DNA of 63,597 bases, filler included, from Welwitschia mirabilis (Eukaryota), in the NCBI GenBank assembly GCA_051453625.1. It is 7 parts of one record of this genome, joined end to end, with 100 filler letters (N's around TTAATTAATTAA, not from the genome) between each part and the next. Parts side by side here need not be neighbours in the genome. Positions count along the whole stretch, not along the records: positions 46,341 to 55,939 come from JBOZIK010000001.1; positions 56,040 to 60,465 come from JBOZIK010000001.1; positions 60,566 to 63,597 come from JBOZIK010000001.1; 4 more parts are not named here. One strand, written 5' to 3'. The notes beneath the pieces are model-generated. The model saw nothing but the letters and a program-made list of their open reading frames with translations. It was not told the DNA's origin and searched no databases. A program made the position numbers and the translations under genes. Positions 52,801-63,597 of this stretch are shown here, piece after piece. The first letter of the stretch is position 1, and every line of letters starts with the position of its first letter.

Positions 52801-55737
52801 GTTTTACCTTTTCTTTAAGTGTGATTAGAAAAATAATCATGTAAGTATGATCATTAATGCATTTCTCCCCATTTCTCAAGCCAAGTACAAGTTGTTCAAT
52901 GTTAGCCAGATGTTGGAAAGGGTCTTCCTCAGGTTCCTCTGAGAATGTTGTATAGGCACTTAATTTTTTTAATTCTATATCATCACTAGCAAATAAATCA
53001 AAAGGATTTTGGATTTTATATTTTCTATTAGAAATTAAATCTCTAAGGGTAACATTTCCATTCAAATTTAAAATTCCTATTATGATTGGCATATTAGATG
53101 AAGTGACTTATTTTTGTTTTTATAAGGATTTCTACATAGATAAAGAAACGACAAGATCTACTTCTATGCTATTATTCTCATAATTTTATTTTATAAAATT
53201 TATTTTTGAAATAATAAAATTAGAAAAATCCTCTTCTTCAATCCTTAGAATTTATGTACCTAGAATGTGCATATCTAAATTTTTCTTAAAGTTAAATAAT
53301 CATTCTCTAATATTTTCTTCAATCAAGTTCCACTCTGTCCGATATTTTCTATTTCTACTGGAATTCATCATGTCCATACATACTTTAGATAATAAATAAA
53401 AACTGAAATAAAAAATAATTAACAGTCATCCAATTGGTCGTGGAGATGATAGGAGGAATAACGATCATAATAGTGGAAAACTAAAATCAGAGAAAAATTA
53501 TCATAACCAAACAAATAGACTATATCTAGTTTATCATGGGAATAATAGACAAAACAATAGTAATACTTTATTACTATTATTAATAGAAAAAAATTACAAA
53601 AAAAATAAATTCAAAAATCTAGACTATTATTTCTAGTGNNNNNNNNNNNNNNNNAAAGATGATAATGAACTTTCTTTTTAATTATAGAAAATGAAAATTA
53701 CTAAAATATACTTACTAAAATATAAACAAAATATATAGTACTATTTTAAATAAATAACTTAAAATAAAATTCAAGGCACTTATCTAAATACTGATAATCT
53801 TCTAGCTCCTTATAGCCTTTCCCTCGAATGGTGCCTAAATGTTAGGCTGTGAATTTATGCAATCTTTAAGTCCTTAGATAAAAACTTGTAAATCGTAATA
53901 CTTGCAAAAAACACATACTATTATAGATAGAACTCAATCTGAATGTCATAATTTATTAAAAGAACTAAGCTAGAAGTTAGAAAATTGATTCCATTAAGGA
54001 TTTTAATCTTTCCTATTTTAGTAAGTAGAAAATAAACAACAATGCAAATACAATGTAAGATGAATGATGGTAAAATGAAATGGACAAAATGCAAGTGAGA
54101 TGAGTTCTTTTTGGATTCCAATACTCCTAGCATAAGAATTAATTCTTATAACATAAATCAATTAGGAATAGTTTATCACTTGTTCCTAACTAGCATAAAC
54201 TATAAGATGCGTCAAATAGAATATGGATACTACAAATATGAAATGAAATGAAATAGAATGCAATGCAAATCTAAACTAACAAAGTCAACCTTAATAAAGG
54301 TTACCCTTATGATCTAAAATAAACTATAGATTTGTTACTAAACTATAATCAATTGAAACCATAAAGGACATTTACACAATAAGAGTGAAAAAGAGTAGTT
54401 AAATTAATCATCAATTTTACATCCACTTACAATAAAGTAGTGGCACCTCAATGGAGGATACTCAACCCAACACCAAGGTGAAATTCTCTCTGTAGCTACG
54501 GGATGGACCTCTTGTCCTTCAATATTTTATGATAAGAATGTCTAGTTTAAAACATGGAAATAAAAGTAAAGAAAGGGGATGATATTTATATTTTTACATT
54601 GAATTTCTAAAAGCTCAATCCTAAGAGTTGGAGAAGAAATGCTAGCAACTCATATGGATTACATGATCCCATTAAAAAGATAAGTCCTTTCATTAATATA
54701 AAAATAGGTGTCATATTGAGTGTCATAGAGATGATAATGGGGATAATACCCCATGACAAAAGGTTGTCCATTAGCTTCAGGCCCTACAGTCAACTTCTCA
54801 GAACTAATCCATGTCAGTAGTGCTATTATCCTATCTGCATGGAGATGATAATGGGGGATGACATGCCTATTTATCTTCTATCTCAAAGGGAAATTAGTCT
54901 TCTATATGATTAATCTTTCCTTTAAGGCATGAAGTATTAAAATAAGCCTGAGATGGCTCCAAATATGCTAATAATTGCATGTTTCACTAAACATCCCATC
55001 CATCCTCTATAATTATTAGAATTGCATCCAAATATGTATAAATGATTATATAAGTACTCAAAATACACCATCAAATTCCTAGAAATTGGCATCACAACAA
55101 TGTTAATTAAATAATAACTATGGAATAACTCAGTATATAAGAAATTTTAACTTGTAAATTCAAGGAATATTCTAGGATAACTTTAAATTAAGAGAAGTTT
55201 ATTTCCCTTAAATAGGTTAATAAATTAAAGGAAAGATTTATTTAATCAATTAATAAATAAACCTCATTTCATTAAAGATAGATAGGATTCTAGAATTTCT
55301 AATATAAACTTATAGTCTATAATCATAATCCTAACATAATTTTTATATGGCAATGATATTAAAATAACATCTATATTGCCCTAGGTTTTATAGGGAGTTT
55401 TTCCTATTTGAATTACTACCATTACCAAAAATGAAGGTAATATGTATACAATTCCCAAAAAAAAAAAAAAAGCTATTACTAGGAATTAATATCATGGTCT
55501 CTCAAGTTCTATCTTAATAGCATCTCGATAATTAATTAAGGCAATATAAGCACTAAATTGATTACTAAACTATCTTCACTTAGGGTAAGTACATGTGGAT
55601 AAAGGAAAGACATTGCTAATCTAGGATCTTAACAAGGATTTGTTCATGTTAAACTCTACATTCCTTAAGAAGAAATTTTACTAGGCAATGCATGAAAGGA
55701 GAAAAGGACATAAAAAGGATAAAATAGAGAAGGATAC
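49804..55737 (-). mobile_element. PBS (49804-49815) and 5' LTR of the Tekay element (49819-50317 plus about 55105-55737), split by nested Athila insertions
   Basis: Minus strand ...GACATCACA-TTT-TGGTATCAAAGG lies upstream of gag. Continuation after 55104 is inferred from the TSD of the nested element. Confidence 0.65.
50318..55099 (-). mobile_element. Athila-like element with TSD ATGTT and a large internal deletion
   Basis: 5' LTR 53840-55099; decayed PBS-Asp (TTAGGCACCATTCGAGGGA); gag (PEEDPFQHLANIEQL, ORF 52760-53092); protease (LINIEASVNIMPL); fused to a partial 3' LTR at 50318 to about 51297. ATGTT occurs at 50313-50317 and 55100-55104. Confidence 0.9.
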
Positions 55738-55939
55738 TGTTGCAGTCTGTATTTATGCAATAGTTCACATTTTAATTTCAATCCTGTTAATCATAAATAA
55801 GATGTAAAATACAACACGCTAGTATAGACGGAATGATCCGAATATCGTAATTCCATCGAAGGCCAATGGTATGGACAATAAAGAGTTGATTTCAAAGAGA
55901 AATATGTAGCCCTAATCTATTGAATTAAATTGCAATGCA
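55738..55939 (-). mobile_element. 3' end of a young Athila-like LTR
   Basis: Reverse complement of 20455-20656. Begins TGTTGCAG on the + strand and is cut by a gap. Confidence 0.8.
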
Positions 55940-56039
55940 NNNNNNNNNNNNNNNNNNNNNNNNNNNNNNNNNNNNNNNNNNNNTTAATTAATTAANNNNN
56001 NNNNNNNNNNNNNNNNNNNNNNNNNNNNNNNNNNNNNNN

Positions 56040-58600
56040 TTAAGTAAATAGTAAAGAAAGAAATCATTAAACTTATAGATGAAATGATCATTTATGTCAT
56101 ATCTAATAGTAAATGGAATTGTTCTATTACTATAATGCCAAAAAAATAGGAAGTGATGATTTTGCATTAATTTTATAAAGCTTAATGACATAACCAAAAA
56201 AGACTATTATCCCTTGCCATTTCTAGATTAATTTCTTAATAGGATTCAAGACCATGCATATTATTTTTTTTTCTTAATAGATATAGTGGTTAAAATTAAG
56301 TATGCATAGCTAATAAAGATCAAGCCAAGACAAGGTTCATCTATTCTTTTGGTACCTTTGCCTTTAGAGGAATGTACTTATATTTATGTAATGCATCTAG
56401 AACATTTCAAACATTCATGATGGGTATCTTTTTATATATGAATAAGGAATCAATAAAAATATTTATAGCTAACTTTTATATTTTTAAGGATTCTTTTGAG
56501 AAGCCTCAGAAATATTAAAAAATTTCCTTAACTAATGGATAAAAACTAGCCTTCATTTGAGTTAGGAAAAGTGTTAATTCTTATTAAGGGATGGAATAGT
56601 ACTATGTCATTATAATTCTAGCAATGGCATTGAAATATACCTTGCTAAAATACATATAATTAGAAACCTCACTCCTCTAACTAATGTAAAATAAGTTAGA
56701 TCTTTTCTTAATCATGCTAGTTTTTATTGAAGATTCATTAAGTCCTATGCAAAAATTTATAAACCTCTTTATTATCTCTTAGAAAAAGATGTTGAATTTA
56801 ATGGCATTGAATCTTGTTAATATTCCTTTAAAAATCTTAAATACAAGATTACTTTATCACCTAATATAAAATGACATGATTAGAATAAAGACGTTGAACT
56901 TATGTGTGATGTAAGTAATATTGTTGTAGGAGGTGTATTAATAAAAAAAATGAGAAATTTTACAATGTTATTTTTTATACTAATAAAACCCTTTCAGAAT
57001 TCCAACTTAACTATATCACTACTAAAAAAGAAATGATTTCCATCATCTTTTATCTTGATAAACATTGATATTATCTTCTTAGTTTTCATATTAATTTCTA
57101 TATCAATCACGTTACCATTCGATATCTTATGATAATAAAAATTCTAGTGCAAGAATTATTAGATGGGTGTTGTTAATGCAATAATTTAACCTAACCATTA
57201 TTAATAAATAAGTAAAACATAATTGTATTACTGATCATTTACCTGGAATCTCTCATAAATAAGACTCCTTACATTTTTCAGCATACCTTCCTATGTAAGA
57301 TAATTTTTTAGATGAACAACTCTTTTCTATTACACATTTTTATTCCATCTCTTCTAAACACCCTACTCTATGGTATGTTGATACTGTTAATTATTTTATT
57401 ACCCTAAAAAGTCCCCAACATTGAACCCATAATTAGAGAAAATAATTTTTTCATAGAATAGGAAATTATGAATGGCATGAATCACACATCTACTAAAATT
57501 GTAAATATCAAATCATGTTAAAATGTATGCTAGAATGGAAGCATTATGATATCCTTACTCTTCATGATGATGTATGTGAATGTCATTTTAGTGGCTAAAA
57601 GACTTCTATGAAAATCCTTCATGTAGGTTTCTATTAGACCATCCTCTTTAAATATTCATTTAAATTTACAAGAAATGTGATGTTATCAATATTTTGGTAG
57701 CCTTTCTAAATATTAAAACATGCCCTCCCAACCTATCTCAGAGTGTGAACCTTTTGATTATTGGGGTATAAACTTTATAATCGCTCTTACACCACCTTCT
57801 TGTAATAGAAATTACATCCTACTAGCTATGGATTATGTAAACAAATGAGTAGAAGCCATTTCTATAATTACTAATGATGCTAAAACTGTATGTTATTTTC
57901 TGAGATCTAAAATTTTTCATAGATTTAGCTTTTTTGGAATCTTGATTAGTGACCAAGATGCTTATTTCATAAATAATATTCTTAGGAAATGCCTTCTCTC
58001 TCTTGGAATTAAGTATATAATAGTAAATGCTTATCATCTTCAAACTAATGATCAAGCTAAAAATGCTAATAATAAAATAAAAAAACGTTTTAGAAACTAA
58101 TATGCCAAAATAAGAAGTGATCTGTTAAATGTCATGATGTACTTTAGGCTTACCATATTACTTAGCATAATTCACTTGAGGTTTCCCTTTATGAACTTGT
58201 ATATGGTAAAGCTTGTGTTCTTCTTATTAATGTGTTCTATAAATCCTATAAAATCATTTATTAAGTAAATGTCATGAATTTTTATAATAATCTTTGACAA
58301 GAACTAGTTTAAGTTCCAACATCTGAATGAGAAATGAAATCATGCTATTCTTAAACAACTCATCCAAAAACCTCAAGCAAACCTCTACCATAATAAAAAA
58401 CATATCTTTAAATCTTTTCAAACTAGTTAGTTGGTTTTATTTTTAATACTTAAGTAAATCTTCTTCATATTAAATTAACCTCTAAATGGGTAGGTTCTTA
58501 TTGAATTAAGAAAGTTCATCTTAATGGCTCTATTGAGATTTTTAATTTAAACACTCAGAAAAGTTTTAAAGTAAATAGAAAAATATTGAAATTATATTAA
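56040..58600 (+). pseudogene. Degenerate Ty3/Athila pol (RT-RNase H-integrase)
   Basis: KDYYPLPFLD*FLNRIQDHAYYFFLNRYSG; DQAKTRFIYSFGTFAFRGM; ELMCDVSNIVVGGVL; NYITTKKEM; PFDYWGINFI; YILLAMDYVNK*VEAI; SLYELVYGKACVL; FKVNRKILKLY. Confidence 0.92.
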
Positions 58601-59900
58601 TTACCTGATGATTATCATTATACTATTAATATAATTAAATCAATTAACTTAGATGATCCTCTCACCCAAGAGAAGCATCTTTCCTTGACCATGGTCTATA
58701 TGATTTCTTAATTAAATTCTTTGATTGAGTTATTTTACTATTTAATCATTTACTAACTCGGTTTTAGATTAGCTTTTAGATGAGTTTTTATGAAAGTAAT
58801 TCTTTACTTGGGAAGTTTAGAATGATAACAATTGAATTTTAGCCGATCTAAGAAATTCTGATATCTATGAACTTTAATGTCTATGATAACTTCTATTAAA
58901 GTACTAGTTATGTCATATCAGATTCTAATTCATAAATTTATACTTAGTTAAAATATTATTTCAATGATAAATCAATGTTTCAAAAAGGAAATCATGGTTT
59001 ATTCTTCTAAGCAAAAAAATATTTAAAAAGAAAAAAGATAAAAGAAAAAGATAAAATATCTAAATAAATTCCATGATGTCCTATTGAAAGTATATTGGGC
59101 TAAATTTTCCTAAAAAGGACCTTTAGTAGTATGATATAGTAGCTATGAAAAATCTACCAAAGAGATAGTTGTCAATGATTTAGTCCTAGCTTATGGGCCC
59201 TTACTCCTTTTGTAATGTATGGACTCCCCTCATCATGATGAATATTGTTTTTTAAACACTTGATTAACTTGATTCCCATAACTCTAAAACCATAACTTCA
59301 TCAACATGATAGAACATATTGAATCTTGGATGATATATTAGCCAAAGTTAATTATTTTTTAAGCAAATGATTAGATTGATTTTAGTCTTGATAATACATT
59401 AATATTTTGTAGAAGAATCATTTAATATTACTCAAATTATTTTTCTATTACATGAAGCTTATTATGGTTTATCACTAAATCATGAACCCTTACTATTAAA
59501 TAGTTCTATGATGAATACCATTGAATTTAGTTAGGTTATCATTTAGGATAAGATCATTAATCATCTTCATATATCTTCATGTTAGTTTTATTTTTCATAT
59601 ACTTAAGTGCTTTTTATTTGGATATATCAAAGTCATTTCTATATTTTACTCTCATATTAAGAGGATAAAAATCTTTTTATTTTGTCATTTTCTTTAGTTC
59701 TTTGGCATTCTCTTAATCATACTATTAGTTTCATCTTCTGACCATCAGTTTATCTCCTTATTATTCTTTACCTCTTCTAGTATCCTTGCATTTATTTTTA
59801 TTTTTTTCTTCTATTTTGTTTTTCTATATTTTCATTTTTTAAGATCTATGTTACCTCCCTTAATACTTTTTTCTTATTTCTTCTAAATATCATAAGTGAA
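58601..59900 (+). mobile_element. Athila 3' non-coding region
   Basis: Follows the integrase end. Block 59070-59240 is homologous to 62480-62640, and about 59275-59400 to 80-230. Confidence 0.6.
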
Positions 59901-60564
59901 TAAGTTTAAAATTTTAGATGAATTTATCTACTTCATGGGAATGTATTAGTAAAATTCCAATTTTAATAATTCCATTTGTCAAACGTAATTATCTATTGTG
60001 TAGATAAGTCAAATTGTAAAACATAAAATTGCAAAAACCATCAATCCAAGCCAAAACTTAAGTTTGTATTACATAGAAGGTTTAGCTTAGATTTAATGAA
60101 TGTTAAAATAAAACTAACTAAAGATGTCTACATATGTGAAGACATCTATGATAAATATGTTTGCTATATCAAATATGCCTATGCTAAAATAAACTTTGTC
60201 ACAAAAAAAGACATATATATTGACAAAGACATATATACTGAAGTAGGGAACTAAAGCAAGTGAAATACATCTATCACTCTAAAGACATCTATGCTGCTTT
60301 CACTATTGAATGATATCTACATAGTTGAAGATGTCTATACTAAACTGGAAGAGGTAATACAGATAAATTATATTTTAATAAATCATTTACATATTAGGAA
60401 ATTAATCAATTTTTACACCTTAGATTCATGATCATTAAAGATCATAGAAACTTTGGTTCATGTTTNNNNNNNNNNNNNNNNNNNNNNNNNNNNNNNNNNN
60501 NNNNNNNNNTTAATTAATTAANNNNNNNNNNNNNNNNNNNNNNNNNNNNNNNNNNNNNNNNNNN

Positions 60565-61473
60565 NGATATGAACATCAAAATTTCCAATCCAACTACCCT
60601 TCCAACTCCCAGAACTATAATGATCCTCTTAGGAATTCTATCAAGGAGTTGAGAAAAACTCAAGAGAAGACCAATGCAAACATAGAAAATCTAGTGAATA
60701 TTTTATAATAAACTATGCTTGCAAACCAATGACTACAAGGGACCCTTGTCACTAAACCTTTACCAATCCCAAACAAAGTACGAAAAGATTATAAGGTAGT
60801 GACAAGGAGTGGAACCAATACAACTCCCAATACTCATGAGGCTTCAACTTTCCAAAATAACAAGAATGTGAGGAAGAGGATATAGAAATTTTAGAAAATC
60901 ATTCTTTCCCTCCTCCACTTGGCAATAAAAGAAAAATTTACAACAAAAGAAAAATACTACCCCATGGCTTAATAGGCTTAATGAAAACCCGATCTTTGAT
61001 GATTATCTGAAAGCCTTCATGAAAGAAGTAAGCATCAACTTACCCTTCTGGAAACTTTTACAAGAAAACCCAAAATAATCTAAGCTATGGAAAGACCTAA
61101 TTAGAAGAAAACAAAAATAAGTCATCCCTAGTAATGTATTCCTAGCTCAATCCATTAGTAATTTAATTTCCTAGAAGTGTCCAAAATTTAAAGATCCAGG
61201 GGAAGCAATAGGTAGTGTCTCATTATAAGGAAACCGAAAAGTTAAGAAAGCCTTGATAGATATCGGAGCTAGTGTTAATATTATACCCTTACACATTTGC
61301 AAACGTTTAGAATTGGAAGAGAGAATAGAACCCACAGATATTATCTTGGAGTTAACTAATTCATCCATTAAGAAATCCTTAGGAGTAATAAAGGATTTGG
61401 TCATTCAGATAGAGGAAGCTTTCTACCCCATAGATGTAGTTGTTTTAGAAGTTGAGAATCAAAATACATATCC
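60565..61473 (+). pseudogene. Athila gag C-terminus plus aspartic protease
   Basis: KVVTRSG; PKFKDPG; KALIDIGASVNIIPLHICKRL...IILELTNSSIKKSLGVIKDLVIQIEEAFYPIDVVVLE. Homologous to 51300-52050 on the minus strand. Confidence 0.88.
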
Positions 61474-62219
61474 NNNNNNNNNNNNNNNNNNNNNNNNNNN
61501 NNNNNNNNNNNNNNNNNNNNNNNNNNNNNNNNNNNNNNNNNNNNNNNNNNNNNNNNNNNNNNNNNNNNNNNNNNNNNNNNNNNNNNNNNNNNNNNNNNNN
61601 NNNNNNNNNNNNNNNNNNNNNNNNNNNNNNNNNNNNNNNNNNNNNNNNNNNNNNNNNNNNNNNNNNNNNNNNNNNNNNNNNNNNNNNNNNNNNNNNNNNN
61701 NNNNNNNNNNNNNNNNNNNNNNNNNNNNNNNNNNNNNNNNNNNNNNNNNNNNNNNNNNNNNNNNNNNNNNNNNNNNNNNNNNNNNNNNNNNNNNNNNNNN
61801 NNNNNNNNNNNNNNNNNNNNNNNNNNNNNNNNNNNNNNNNNNNNNNNNNNNNNNNNNNNNNNNNNNNNNNNNNNNNNNNNNNNNNNNNNNNNNNNNNNNN
61901 NNNNNNNNNNNNNNNNNNNNNNNNNNNNNNNNNNNNNNNNNNNNNNNNNNNNNNNNNNNNNNNNNNNNNNNNNNNNNNNNNNNNNNNNNNNNNNNNNNNN
62001 NNNNNNNNNNNNNNNNNNNNNNNNNNNNNNNNNNNNNNNNNNNNNNNNNNNNNNNNNNNNNNNNNNNNNNNNNNNNNNNNNNNNNNNNNNNNNNNNNNNN
62101 NNNNNNNNNNNNNNNNNNNNNNNNNNNNNNNNNNNNNNNNNNNNNNNNNNNNNNNNNNNNNNNNNNNNNNNNNNNNNNNNNNNNNNNNNNNNNNNNNNNN
62201 NNNNNNNNNNNNNNNNNNT

Positions 62220-63597
62220 AAAGTATCATGATTAGTTTATACTTGGGCATTTATAAGTGGTAAGATTGGATTCACCTAATCTTAAGACATTCCCACATCT
62301 ATGGACTATATTTTCAGGAAGATACCTTATTTCTTGTGTTGTTTTTTTCAATGGTGACTAAATCTTAAGTTATTAAGGAGTGTTCTTTTCTATATTTTAC
62401 TTTACTTATTAACTTTAGTCTTATTAAGCATATGATCCTATGGGAATTATTCTTTTTGTTAAAAAAAGAAAATAAAAAAAGCATGATGTCCTACCACAAG
62501 TACACCGGGGCAAATATTTCTGAGAGAAGCCTTTGGTAATGTAATATGGTAGCTGTGGGAACTCCACTGGGGTGTCAGTTGACCATGCTTCATGGGTCCT
62601 TACTTCTCTGATAGTGGTTGCACTTCCTTCATCATGGCAAAAGAAATAAAACATATTCCCACTTAGTCATTTCACTTTTACAGATTTCAGTGAGTTAATA
62701 GGTAGAAATAGATGAGTCCATTTTTAAGTATCTTTTGATTTGATCTTCATTGTTTTACACATCTAAAACCTTGGATATCACCATAACCACTAGCCTTTTG
62801 AATGAACTTTATCAAGTTAATACATTTTGTCATGCATCTTTACTAAGGTAATGTTATGATGTTTTCCTTTGGAGTTTACTACATTAGTACTTAGACTAGG
62901 TAAAACATTCTTCTTTATGTTTCTTGTGTCTATTTCTCCTCTACTTTTCTTCTATTTTTATGTCTACCATTTTCTAGTTATTTTTTTCAATTTCTTCTTT
63001 CCTAATTTAGTAGTTTCATAGTTTTTCATTTAAGTTATTTTTATTTTTGTTAGTTTAGGCAATTCGGGACGCATTGCACATTTTAAGTGGGGGGCAGGAT
63101 GTATATATTTTTAATATTGCATATTTCTGATCCAAATTTTTCGATCATGATGAATCATTATTACAAATCCTCCTTAATATTTACATAATTATATTTAACT
63201 ATTTATCACATAAGGAGTTGTTTTCCAAAATTTTATAACTAATGCCAAATCTGTTTTCTGTTACAGGTTCTAGACTTTGAAAATCTTTTAAGAAGCCCAT
63301 CGTTCCCTATATCGTCCGGACGACATACCGAATGACAAACATACATCTGATAATTGTTAAGTATTTTATTTAGTTTTTAAAATTTTTAGAAATTCAGATT
63401 TAGATTCATTACAGATACATTTTTGTCAGATGTTTTCTTTACATATCCTAGCTTTTATTGTTTGAAAAGTTGGCTTGCAAACACAGTTCACTGCCTGGTT
63501 TTGTCAGGGACTGACAAGGTTAAGTGGGGGGCTATGTTGCGATGCCAACTTAAGTGTATTTGATAGGGTATTTTGAGTTGTTTTGCAGATAAACTAA
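62220..63597 (+). mobile_element. Athila 3' non-coding region, two hairpin-PPT modules and the start of a young 3' LTR (63535 to window end)
   Basis: GCAATTCG-GGA-CGCATTGC..AAGTGGGGGG (63059-63094) and TTGTCAG-GGA-CTGACAA..AAGTGGGGGGCTA (63501-63534), then TGTTGCGATGCC. Confidence 0.85.

Noticed and set aside
20368-60521. Recurrent palindromic TTAATTAATTAA as a biological motif
   Set aside because: It is always centred in N runs and is a six-frame-stop scaffolding linker. Contiguity across these joins should be treated with caution.
61452-62250. Long ORFs of 259-322 aa in the ORF track
   Set aside because: These are read-through of N gaps. Only the first ~73 aa of 61253-62221 (Athila protease) are real.
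62424-62654. 76-aa antisense ORF as a host exon or env-like gene
   Set aside because: It has no recognisable domain and lies in the Athila 3' non-coding block that has a decayed homolog at 59070-59240.
1-63597. Giant DNA transposon with terminal inverted repeats spanning the window
   Set aside because: The inverted sequences are LTR 5' ends (one follows a PPT) reading outward, and no transposase was seen.

Overview
This is AT-rich plant nuclear DNA from a draft assembly, with many N gaps and six artificial TTAATTAATTAA linkers. I found no intact host gene, rRNA, tRNA or CRISPR array. The window is a nest of decayed retroelements: Ty3/Athila-like pieces (including a TSD-flanked solo LTR and a TSD-flanked internally deleted copy), a Ty3/Tekay(Del) gag-pol, several Ty1/SIRE-like LTR-PBS-gag units, a Copia with a very long LTR, and two L1-type LINE remnants. 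The most notable feature is a complete, non-autonomous 5.7-kb LTR element at 3651-9361 (TSD CTTAT, PBS-Met, PPT). It has no recognisable gag/pol and instead carries an intronless, decayed anthocyanidin-reductase/DFR-family coding sequence, which looks like LTR-mediated capture of a flavonoid-pathway mRNA. All translations and alignments were done by eye, so boundaries not fixed by a TSD, PBS or PPT are approximate.
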